Source of the DNA: Phyllobates terribilis
Lineage: Eukaryota
Direction of reading: 5' to 3'
NCBI RefSeq assembly: GCF_046119375.1
Contig: NW_027362765.1
Span: 1,178,001-1,242,000, forward strand
DNA: 64,000 nucleotides
Shown here piece by piece: positions 50,682 through 61,471 of the stretch. The first letter of the stretch is position 1, and the number at the start of each line of letters is the position of its first letter. The notes below the pieces were generated by a model, which had not been told where the DNA came from, made no database searches, and was given only the letters and a program-made list of their open reading frames with translations. A program made the position numbers and the translations under genes.

Positions 50682-51695
50682 TCAATCCTTGCTGCCTTGA
50701 TTTGCTTTTTTACATAATTTATTTAATTTTCTATATTTATTTAATGCCTCATCACTACCTACTTGCTTTAGTTCCCTAAATGCTTTATTTTTGTCACTTA
50801 TTGCGCCCCTTACAGCTCTATTTAGCCATAGTGGTTTCCTCCTATTTCTAGCATGTTTATTCCCAAAGGGTATATATTGTGCACAGGTCCTATTCAGGAT
50901 GTTAATAAATGTCTCCCATTTGCTTTGTGTAGTTTTATGTTTCAGGATATCGTCCCAGTTTATTGCACTAAGATCATCTCTCAACCGTTGGAAATTGGCC
51001 TTCCTGAAGTTTAGTGTCCTTGAAACCTCTCTACTACACATCTTATTAAAGGTTACATGAAAATGTATTATTTTGTGATCACTATTACCCAAGTGACCCC
51101 CAACTCGTATATTTGATATGCGGTCTGGCCTGTTGGTTAATATTAGGTCTAGCAGTGCCCCCCTTCTTGTTGGGTCCTGAACCAGTTGTGAAAGGTAATG
51201 GTCTCTCATAGTTGTCAAAAACCTATTACCTTTGCTTGAACTACATGTTTCTATCCCCCAATGTATTTCAGGATAATTGAAGTCTCCCATAATAATGACT
51301 TCTCCTTGAGTCGCTGCTTCATCTATTTGCTTTACGAGGATATTCTCCGCTACTTCCATTCTTTTTGGAGACTTATAACAAACCCCTATCAGTAATTTAT
51401 TATTTTTTCCCCCTCCCCTTATCTTCACCCACAGGGACTCTACATTTTCATTAGATTCACCTGTATCCTCCCGCAAGACGGATTTTAAGGATGATTTTAC
51501 ATATAAACACCCCCCCCCCCCCCCATCGCTTGTTTGTACGGTCATTTCTGAACAGACTATAGCCCTGTAAATTAACTGCCCAGTCATGGCTCTCGTCCAC
51601 GTCTTAGATATCCCTACCATGTCATAATTATTTTCCAACAAAATTAATTCTAATTCCTCCATTTTGTTGATGAGGCTTCTGGCATTAGTGTACAT
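50682..51695 (-). pseudogene. CR1 ORF2 APE endonuclease domain
   Basis: YTNARSLINKMEEL, GGGCLYVK, IIMGDFNYPEI, LDLILTN and LGNSDH. Confidence 0.93.
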
Positions 51696-51835
51696 TCATT
51701 TTATGTATCTCTCTGTACCTCTATTCCTTCTTACTTTATTGACTGTTCTAACCCCACCCCCAATTTCTTTATTTGTGCCCAGGTCACTATCTGCACTATC
51801 TTACCCACCTATAAAATGAATACCCCCCCCAATCC

Positions 51836-52055
51836 CTAGTTTAAACACTCCTCCAACCTTCTAGCCATTTTCTCCCCCAGCACAGCTGCACCCTCCCCAC
51901 TGAGGTGCAGCCGGTCCCTAGCGAAGAGTCTGTAGCCAACTGTGAAGTCGGCCAAGTTCTCCAGGAACCCAAATCCCTCCTTCCTACACCAGTTCTTGAG
52001 CCACTTATTTATCTCCCTAATCTCCCGTTGCCTCTCTGGCGTGGCACGTGGTACC

Positions 52056-52088
<33 letters not shown>

Positions 52089-52546
52089 CTTCCTTTCAGC
52101 TTGCAGCCTAATTCCCTGAAATCATCTTTAAGGACCTTCCACCTACCTTTAACTTTGTCATTTGTGCCAATGTGCACCATGACTGCTGGGTCCTCACCAG
52201 CCCCTCCCAGTAATCTGTCAACCCGATCAGCGATGTGCCGGACTCGAGCGCCAGGTAGGCAGCACACTGTTCGACGATCCCTGTCTTTGTGACAGATTGC
52301 CCTGTCTGTTCCCCTAATAATTGAGTCCCCCACTACCAGCACCTGCATGGCCTGCCCTGCTCTCCCATTTTCCTCTTTACTGGAGCTGACACTCCTCCGG
52401 CTTTCAGGGGACATGCCTTGCTGCAGCAGTGCTACCCCTGGACCGTCACTCCCCTCATCTGCCAACTTTGCAAACTTATTGGGGTGTGCCAGATCAGGAC
52501 TAGCCTCCCTGGCACTCTTCCCTCTACCCCCACTTCTGTCACCCAA
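51836..52546 (-). pseudogene. CR1 ORF1 SGNH/GDSL esterase domain
   Basis: LVVGDSIIR, CLPGARVRH, VHIGTND and DRLHLSGEG. The upstream ORF1 piece NMERSLLLTEQQL at 52590-52647 ends in a stop. Confidence 0.92.
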
Positions 52547-52647
52547 CTAACAGCCTCACTGTCCTGCAGCTCCCGACTACCACCCTACCCCACATCTACC
52601 CCAGTGAGCTGCTGCTCAGTGAGCAGCAGACTCCTTTCCATATTGAC

Positions 52648-52820
52648 AAAATGATTGTCAAAGCAGAAATAATTATGATTTAGAAGAAATGTAACTGACA
52701 TGATAATGAAATCTTTTATTTCTACTGTATACGTGCTATAGGTATCCAAGTGATAGCTCAGGCTAGTTAATGCTACACTGTGTGGTATGGATGAGCATAG
52801 AGAAACACACGTGGTCAAAA
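52648..52820 (-). mobile_element. Penelope-like RT remnant, upstream half
   Basis: SSIPHSVALTSLSYHL..IKDFIIMSVTFLLNHNYFCFDNHF (ORF 52585-52818), continued by FLQK on the far side of the CR1. Confidence 0.75.
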
Positions 52821-52841
52821 TTGTTAGTACTCCTCGTTTAA

Positions 52842-53382
52842 CCCCGTACTGGCCAGGGGCATATTAGTACGCCCCAGGCCATCACCCCCGGTTCATCACG
52901 GGCTCCGGCACTGAGCCCGCACCGAACCGGGCACATTTCAGCTGATTCTTACAGCTGACATGTGCCCGCAACAGCCTCGGGTGGAATCTCGATCCACCCG
53001 CGGCTGTTAACCAGTTAAATGCTGCTGTCAATCTCTGACAGTTGCATTTAACAGGGCCGCACCAGAAGTGTGTCACTTACCCCGCCCATTGGTGACCCCG
53101 TCATGTGATCGCAGGTCACTGATGGGTGGGCATGGCAACCCGGGGTCTGCAGCAGACCCCAGTGGTTGTCATGAAAAGATGGCTATGAGCGCCACCTAGT
53201 GGTCGGCGCTAATAGCACAGGAGCATTTCGGCTACATAGAGGTGATCTGCTCATCGCCTCTATGTAGCAGAGGCAATCAGACAGTTGCTGCTTCTAGTCT
53301 CCTATGGAGACTATAGAAGCAAGCAAAAAGTGTAGAAAAATGTTTTTAAAAATATTAAAAAATGTAAAAAATATAAAAAGTT
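52842..53382. mobile_element. Terminal part of a TTAA-flanked (piggyBac-type) non-autonomous element
   Basis: TTAA|CCCC start with short internal palindromes (CAGCTG..CAGCTG, GCGGCTGTTAACC); no ORF. Confidence 0.5.
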
Positions 53383-54702
53383 CCAACAATCTTGAAGGAG
53401 TTCCCAGAGATGCTTAGCACTTGTTGGCCCTTTTGCCTTAACTCTGCGGTCCAGCTCACCCCAAACCATCTCGATTGGGTTCAGGTCTGGTGACTGTGGA
53501 GGCCAGGTCATCTGGCGTAGCTCCCCATCACTCTCCTTGGTCAAATAGCCCTTACACAGCTTGGAAGTGTGTTTGGGGTCATTGTCCTATTGAAAAATAA
53601 ATGATGGTCCAACTAAACGCAAACTGGATGGAATAGCATGCCGCTGCAAGATGCTGTGGTAGCCATGCTGGTTCAGTATGCCTTCAATTTTGAATAAATC
53701 CCCAACAGTGTCACCAGCAAAGCACCCCCACGCCATCACACCTCCTCCTCCATGCTTCACGGTGGGAACCAGGCATGTAGAGTCCATCCGTTCACCTTTT
53801 CTGCGTCGCACAAAGACACCGTGGTTGGAACCAAAGATCTCAAATTTGGACTCATCAGACCAAAGCACAGATTTCCACTGGTCTAATGTCCATTCCTTGT
53901 GTTCATTAGCCCAAACAAGTCTTTTCTGCTTGTTGTCTGTCCTTAGCAGTGGTTTCCTAGCAGCTATTTTACCATGAAGGCCTGCTGCACAAAGTCTCCT
54001 CTTAATAGTTGTTCTAGAGATTTTGTCTGCTGCTAGAACTCTGTGTGGCATTGACCTGGTCTCTAATCTGAGCTGCTGTTAACCTGCGATTTCTGAGGCT
54101 GGTGACTCGGATAAACTTATCCTCAGAAGCAGAGGTGACTCTTGGTTTTCCTTTCCTGGGGCGGTCCTCATGTGAGCCAGTTTCTTTGTAGGGCTTGATG
54201 GTTTTTGCAACTGTACTTGGGGACACATTCAAAGTTTGCCCAATTTTTCGGACTAACTGACCTTCATTTCTTAAAGTAATGATGGCCACTTATTTTTCTT
54301 TACTTAGAATTTGTATTATGGCAAGAAAAAAGCAGCTAACAGTCTATTCAGTAGGACTATCAGCTGTGTATTCACCAGACTTCTGCACAACACAACTGAT
54401 GGTCCCAACCCCATTTATAAGGCAAGAAATCCCACTTATTAAACCTGACAGGGCACACCTGTGAAGTGAAAACCATTTCCGGTGATTACCTCTTGAAGCT
54501 CATCAAGAGAATGCCAAGAATGTGCAAAGCAGTCATCAAAGCAAAAGGTGGCTACTTTGAAGAACCTAGAATATAAGACATATTTTCAGTTGTTTCACAC
54601 TTTTTTGTTAAGTATATAATTCCACATGTGTTAATTCATAGTTTTGATGCCTTCAGTGTGTACTCATGAAAATACAGAAAAATCTTTAAATGAGGTGTGT
54701 CT
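53383..54702 (-). mobile_element. Tc1-family transposon, frameshifted, 3'-truncated; 5' TIR runs into the N gap
   Basis: IITLRNEGQ..LNVSPSTVAKTIK, VLWSDESKFE, VKHGGGGVMAWGCF and WPPQSPDLNPIEMVW. Confidence 0.9.
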
Positions 54703-54858
54703 NNNNNNNNNNNNNNNNNNNNNNNNNNNNNNNNNNNNNNNNNNNNNNNNNNNNNNNNNNNNNNNNNNNNNNNNNNNNNNNNNNNNNNNNNNNNNNNNNN
54801 NNNNNNNNNNNNNNNNNNNNNNNNNNNNNNNNNNNNNNNNNNNNNNNNNNNNNNNNNN
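54703..54858. other. N gap (156 nt)
   Basis: Run of N. Confidence 0.99.
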
Positions 54859-55984
54859 ATCAGATGTTAAGGAGATGAATGAGAGAGACTAAAGTCCAAA
54901 ACTAAACTTTTCAATACTTTATGAATGCTTCTTCAGCATTATGCAGAGTCAGGAACTTTCCGGTTACATGTAAAAGTATATAACTTTTGTTACAAGCCAC
55001 AACAGTCCAGTAAACTATTATGGGAAGGCCCATCATCACCTGTGGGGATCATACGGGTTGAGATGTGTCGCTACGGCCCCTCAGAGCTACTCTCAGCTCC
55101 CAGTTGATTTGTGAGGACCTCGCTGGCTGAGGTGCATAGGTACAACTCCTCACTAGTACTGTCAAAGTCTATTTGATGAGGGCCACATACTCCTTCTATG
55201 GCACTGCATCTTCAGTTCTCCAGAGGTGTTTGGCGACACTTTGGCTTCCTCACTAGTATATACAATTTTTGCTTAAGATAAGGAATCCTTCTTTAACTTA
55301 ATCTCCTTTAATTAGGCCTACTGTCTACTCAGGGCAAAGTTCTGTACTATCTAAGTAGACCTCCTGGCCTGAGCTTAGGACCTTGACCTGCTCTTGGTCT
55401 CCGCTATGCTCCCTGCCTGGAATCCAGATTCCCACTGCCATTATATATTTGCTTTCTTTTAGAACACACTATTTGATGTCTCCCTCCTGGCACACAACAC
55501 CCTGCAACCAGATGGACTGAAGGTCTGTATTTCTCACGTACTTATCCCTATCTTACTCATCACCAGGAAATTGTTCTCCTGTGTACCCATCTAGCTCAGA
55601 ATGAGGGCTCTCAGACAGTATGATTTCCTGCACAATTTCGGATATTAAAACACACACTACAAATCCAACCCAGTTCCTGAGGTGTGCTGCTCCGGTCTGT
55701 CCATTGTGAGTACTGAGTCTCCATACTGCAGGTGTGATGTAGTGAAGCCATTGTGCCTGCAGTGTATGGAGTCTTAGACTCACAGGCGAAGGATGAATGG
55801 TGGATCAGTGAACTTTCGACTCCCTGATTCACTATTTATCCAATGGTATCACTGTCATGGGAATGTGGAGATCACTGAAATTGTGAAGATGGGTAAAGAG
55901 AGTGTGCTCGGTGGCAAGCCCTCTCAATTCGTGGGCACCATAGTGGTCGCATGGGCTGCCGCTATTGATGAAACGGTCCTGCTA

Positions 55985-56160
55985 ACTATTTATTTTACTC
56001 ACTTATATAGCGTCATTAATTCCACAGCGCTTTACAGACATTATGGGCACTCACAATCTAAATTCCCTATCATTGTGTCTTTGGAGTGTGGGAGGAAACC
56101 GGAGAACAAGGAGGAAACTCACGCAAACAAGGGGAGAACATACAAACTCCTTGCACTGTT
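55985..56160 (-). mobile_element. 3' part of a V-SINE-type element with L2-like tail
   Basis: The reverse complement contains TTTGTATGTTCTCCCCTTGTTTGCGTGAGTTTCCTCC and ends TGTAAAGCGCTGTGGAATTAATGACGCTATATAAG..AAATAA, like the L2 tail at 11005-11050. Confidence 0.7.
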
Positions 56161-56219
56161 GTGTGGTAAATATCTCATAGGTCCTGAGTTCATTAGTATC
56201 TGCACCAAGAATGGGGCTA

Positions 56220-56352
56220 AGGCCACGGCCCCACTATCAGTATTTGGTCAGTATTTTTTCTCAGGAGTGGGAGCCAAAACCAGGATTGGTGCACTTGTTT
56301 CTATTATACATTTTCTCTGTTTCTCACCTGGTTTTTGGCTCCCACTCCTGAG
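56220..56352. mobile_element. Left part of a palindromic MITE split by the DIRS element
   Basis: AGGCCACGGCCCCACTATCAGTATTTGGTCAGTATT..; same family as 24991-25177. Confidence 0.8.
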
Positions 56353-59300
56353 AAAATATGATGATTGCTTACCGGTAATTTGATTTTCCAAAACCATGAC
56401 AGCACCGTACAGAGAGAGAGTGTCGGCCCCCAGGAACAGGAAACCTACCAAAATAAAAGGGGCGGCACCTCTCTTCCTCCCCAATGTGTTTAAAGAGAAT
56501 AAGAGGTAAACGCCTTGTTAAGACATATATTCATACAACAATAGTTATCAATATTCACCTTATAGTGTTTGCACAAACCAGTGGATTTTTTTTTCCCGAA
56601 AACAGGAAGTTTTTGCAGCACCAAAGTAAAAGAGAAGGGAGGTAAGTAGGACGTATACCCTGAGGGGGATCAGGGTCAGAGGCAGAGATAAGGTAAAATT
56701 ATGGTCATTCTAACTCATCTGGCCATCGTGCACTTAGTAACTGCTTTACCCTTGTTTGCCCCCTGAAAAGAAACAAACATGGCTGAGGACTTTCTCCACT
56801 GATTCGTTACCTCAAGGTATTTAAGGATACACCTTCTCACATCTAGGGAGTGAAATTTAATTTCCCCTTGGGTCTTTAGTTCATCACAAAACGAAGGCAG
56901 CACTATTTCCTGACTTCTGTGAAATTTAGAGCTTACTTTTGGGAGGAAAGCTGGATCTGGCCTCAATATCACCTTATCTTGTAAGATGTTTGTAAAAGGG
57001 GGATTGATTGATAGAGCCTTTAACTCACTCACCCGCCTAGCAGAGGTTAGTGCCACCAGTAGTACTATTTTTAGTGTAAACACTTTAATAGCAGCGGATG
57101 AGATGGGTTCAAAGGGAGCCTTGTAAGGGCATTCAGGACTAAATTAAAGGTCCCAGAGAGCTACCGTAGGACTGTCTATAGGTCTGGACGAAAAAGATGC
57201 CTTTATAAACCTATATATCCATGGATGATCAGTTATTTTATGATCAAATAGCGCCCCTAGGGCTGATACCTGCACCTTTAAAGGAGCTAGTGGAGAGACC
57301 CCTCTCTAGATCTTTTTGAAGGAATCCTAGTATTTCCAAAATGGGAACTAGCTGACTTTAGGGAGTCATGACCCGACTGGAAAATTTAAGAAATTTATTC
57401 CAAATCTTTTCATATTTAAGGGAGATTACTTTTTCTGTTCAACAGGAGAGTTGAAATTAAATTTTCTGAAAAACCCCTGTCCGATAACAATCGCCTCTCA
57501 AGTTCCAGGCAGTTAGGTGTAATCTGGGAACCTGAGGATGGGTCACCGGACCTTGGGATAGTAGATCTGGATAGTCGGGTGGGATCCAGGGGTCCGAGAC
57601 TGATATGACTCTTCGCCAAGAAAACCAGGCCCTTTTCGGCCAGAAGGGGGCAATCAGTATTATTCTGGCTTTTTCCTCGCGTATCTTCTTTAATACTATG
57701 GGAATCAAGGGAAAGACCGAGAAGGCATTTGCCATGCGAAACCCCCATTCCTGCAGAAGGTCGTCCACCCCGTCTGGTGACTTTCTTGGATTTAGAGAAT
57801 ATAATTTTTCTACCTGATGGTTTTCTCTGGTGGCAAATAAATCTATTTCCGGAAGACCCCAGGCCAGACAAATCTGATTGAAGACTCTTCTGTTTAGAGC
57901 CTATTCTCCTTGATTGACTGAATGGCGAATGAAAAAAAAAAATCGGTGATGATATTTTCTGAACCCCTTAAGAGGCGGCTTGAAAGTGATAGAAGATTTT
58001 GCCCCACCATGGAGAATATTTTCTCTACCTCTAACATTAATGGGTCTGACCTGGTCCCCCTTGGCGATTTAAATAAGCCACTGCTGTGCTGTTGTCCGAT
58101 AGGATTGCTACATCCTTCCCCCATGCAGTATTTTAAGGTTGACTATAATGCTTTCCTGACTGCAGTCAGTTCTTTTAGGTTTGAAGAACCGCTTTTTAAT
58201 TTGAAATCCCATAGACCCTGAAACCAACCCCCCTCTAGGTGGGCACCCCAACCTGTTGGGCTTGTGTCCGTGGTGATTACGACTGGATTTTGTACTGTCC
58301 ATGGGACATTCAAGAGATTTTTTGAATCTGCCCACCAATTTAGAGAATTTAGTGTTTTTGCAGACAGCTGAAATTTGTAGTCCAGCCGATCTCCTACCGA
58401 GGTCTGTATTTTCAGGATCTCCCAGTGTAGCCTTCTTGTGTGGAAATGAGCCCACATGTACCGCTGCAATTGTTGCTGTCAGGGATCCTAGCAAGGACAT
58501 GGCTTCTCTTACCGAGATATGTCTTTCTTGAATATTTGCGATTTTTTGTTTGATTTTTTGAACCTTCTCTTATAGGAGGAAGCAACGCTGATGAATAGCA
58601 TCCAGGTTGATGCCCAGAAAACTTTGAAGTTGGATGGGCTTGGGTCTTGATTTTTCTTCGTTTACTATCCAACCCAACCTTGTTATGGTGGATAGAACTT
58701 GTTTGGCTGCTACAGTACAGGCTTTTTCTGAGTCCCCGACTATTAAAAAATCGTCTAGGTATGGCACTATTAATGTCTTTTTTCCATACATAGGATGTCA
58801 TTTCTGCCAATACCTTGGTAAAAATTCTGGGCGCTAGTGACTCCCCAAATGGCAGGCACTGATATTGCAGATGCAAGAGGTTGCCTTGGAATTCTACGGC
58901 CACCTTGAGATATTGTTGGTGGTCTGGGTGGATTGGGATGTGATAGTATGTATCCTTTAAGTTTATCACTGCCATGAAACAGAAGGGGTGCAAAAGCTTT
59001 ACTGTCGATTTCAAAGTCTCCATCTTGAATTCTTCTGTTTTTATACATACGTTCAAGGCTTTTAGATTTATTATTGTTCTGTAGGAACCATAAGGCTTTT
59101 TTTTTATTAGAAATAGATTGCTGTAAAATCCTCTTCCTTTTTCTAGCTCTGGCACACTGACTAACATGAGTTTGTCTGGTAACTTTATGATTTCCGCTTC
59201 TAATGCGATCTGATTTGTCTTGCCTACCTGGGTCTCTATCATCCAAAGTGGGGGAATGGAAGAAAAAATTATTTTTAAGCCTCTGGAAAGGGGATCCGCT

Positions 59301-61362
59301 ACCCATTGAGTAGCGGGCAGCGAGGCCCACTGATGAAAAAACTGCTTTAATCTTCCCCCACTGGTAAACTGGCGTCTTTGGTGTTTGGGAGCTCCTTTGT
59401 AGGTGGCGCCCTTATTAAACAGGAATCCCTTGGACTGACTCCTGTCTCTTCTCCAGGCTCGACCCCCTCTTCCACTATCCTCTCTCTGGCTTCTTCCTTT
59501 TCCCCTAGTTTTTGACCCGTGAAAGGATTTTTTATATTTTTGAGAGGGAAAGGGAAAAGTTTTCTTTTTATCGGCCGCCTTCTCTAATATGTCGTCCAGG
59601 ACTGTCCCGAATAAATAGTCACCTTGGCAGGGAATGGCACAATTTCATTTTGGATTGGAAATTAGCTGACCAATTCTTAAGTCAAAGGGCTCTCCGTGCC
59701 GAGTTTGAGAGACCACAGGCCCGGGCCGCAAAGCTCACTCTGTCTATTGAGGCTTCAGCCAAGAAGTCAGCTGCTTTCTGGATAGTGGGGAGTGCTTACA
59801 GGAGTTGTTCCCTAGGACATTTATTACTTATCTGGGACTCCAGTTCTTGTAGCCACTTTACTAGAGACCTGGCAGTACATGTGGCTGCGATGCTGGGCTT
59901 AAAGGAACCTGCTGCTGCATCCCATGTGCCCCTTAGGAAAGTGTCAACCTTTTTATCTAAAGGATCTTTTAGAGAACCTAGATCCTCAAAAGGAAGGGCT
60001 ACCTCCTTAGAAACTCGGGCAATAGCCACGTCAATCTTTGGGGATCTTTCCCAAACATTAATCAACTCATCTTCAAAAGATTACTTCTGTTTAAGTGTGT
60101 TTGGGATGGACACCTTTTTAACTGTTTTTTCCACTCTTTTTCTATCAAGGAAAGTAAGTTTTTGTGGACTAGGAACAACCGATGTTTGTGCTCCTCCAGG
60201 TTACTCAACATAGAATCCTGCACAGATCTATGCTCCCTCGGGGTCTCTATCCCCATAGTAGACCTAATGATTTTTAGTAGTTTTGTCGTTTCTTCCACCG
60301 GGAAGCAAGGTTGGCCATATTCCCCATCAGATGAAGATGGTTCTGAGCTATCAGAGTCAACTAATTCCCCTGATTCTTCCTTTTCCTTCTCTGAGCTAAG
60401 GTCTGAGTGTGTATGCTGTATGCCTGAGGAGGTGGATGGACCCCGAGTATGTCGTATTTCCTTTTTTACAGTGTTTTTAACTTAGTCTTTGATTAAGGTT
60501 TTTATCTCCTGAAACAGAGACAGGGATTCCTCCATTACTGTTTTCTCTATACCGGCCCGGCAAAGTTTTTTTAGTGTATAACTTCGGTAAAGCTTCCTTG
60601 CATAAGGCACATTCTTTATTTTTTGTCTTGGTCACTGTTTTCCTGGGTCTATTCTAAAATAGGTAATGACACTAGTCAGTATGTGTGTGTGGGCAGTAGA
60701 AACACTCACTCCGTCATAGGGCCCTGGAACTATCGCGCCAGGAGCAGGTCTTGGCTCATCTCCTTCAGGTATGTTTGAATTCTCCATCTTCTCAGCAGGG
60801 ACTGGAACACCAAACTTAGAGCAGTAGCACACTCAGCAATGTTATACCAAGCACACTTCAGCTGATCAGGGACCGACACCATGTGCCACTTATAATCGGT
60901 GTGGGAGGAGCAGGGGTTGGTCTCTCCCCCTTACAGGGCATACCGCCCTGTAGCCCCCGCTGACATCATATCCAGCATCACTATGACCCCGGAAGTGACC
61001 CCGCACGGCACATGTGCCGTTCTGCAAACCGGCGCCATCTTTCTTATGCGCTCCCAATGCTCTGCGCTCCTCTCAGCACCAACCTCCGAATCCGGAGGTG
61101 GCCCGCTGAAGTCCTGCGCTCTGGTTGGAGCGATTCCTCCAAGAAAAGTGCCCCCACCTCTTGGAACAGCCCAGGTTTCCCGGGTCAGCACGGCACCAGG
61201 AGAAATCTCCCCAGGTATACTGTTCCACCGTAGGCATCCTCTTCCAGGAACAGGAAACCACACTGGGGAGGAAGAGAGGTTCCGCCCCTTTTATTTTAGT
61301 AGGTTTCCTGTTCCTGGGGCAGAAACTCTCTCTGTATGGTGCTGTCATGATGAATGGTAAAA
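56353..61362 (-). mobile_element. DIRS1-type tyrosine-recombinase retrotransposon, about 5.0 kb, degenerate ORFs
   Basis: About 90-bp inverted terminal repeats (56395-56484, 61262-61349). gag-like WERSPKIDVAIA; RT GFYSNLFLIKK, LPFGESLAPRIFTK, PYLDD; RNase H TTDTSPTGWGAH; methyltransferase ILIAPFWPKRAWF; recombinase ALTSARRVSEL and a KHYK remnant at 56559-56570. Confidence 0.95.
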
Positions 61363-61407
61363 CTACTGACTGAATACTGACCAGATACTGATAATGGGCT
61401 GTGACCT
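61363..61407. mobile_element. Right part of the MITE split by DIRS
   Basis: The reverse complement AGGTCACAGCCCATTATCAGTATCTGGTCAGTATT matches the left end at 56220. Confidence 0.75.
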
Positions 61408-61471
61408 AAGTGAGTATTTATTCATTAGCCATGCCGCCCCTTAAAATAAAATCTTAAACTTTTTTTAAATA

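Larger units (their letters stand above)
48761..52647 (-). mobile_element. Near full-length CR1 LINE (5'-truncated in ORF1; ORF2 broken)
   Basis: ORF1 esterase fragment, APE and RT ORFs in order, a 3' UTR and a terminal CTATGTTAC motif near 48765-48776. Confidence 0.95.

Noticed and set aside
55500-55790. CR1/L2 endonuclease remnant
   Set aside because: Only a faint resemblance (..SELDGYT..DRDK); too degenerate to support as a feature.
55793-56383. 196-aa protein-coding gene
   Set aside because: The ORF crosses a SINE and a MITE in non-coding frames and has no recognisable domain.
59512-60213. 233-aa plus-strand ORF
   Set aside because: It is an antisense shadow of the DIRS gag region.
48761-61362. 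Currently active autonomous CR1, Tc1 or DIRS
   Set aside because: All have stops or frameshifts in essential ORFs, and the CR1 RT motif reads FEDD and lacks its normal C-terminus.
56248-61373. Duplicated small gene (RKRG.APFILVGFLFLG peptides at 56248-56484 and 61125-61373)
   Set aside because: These are translations of the two DIRS inverted terminal repeats.
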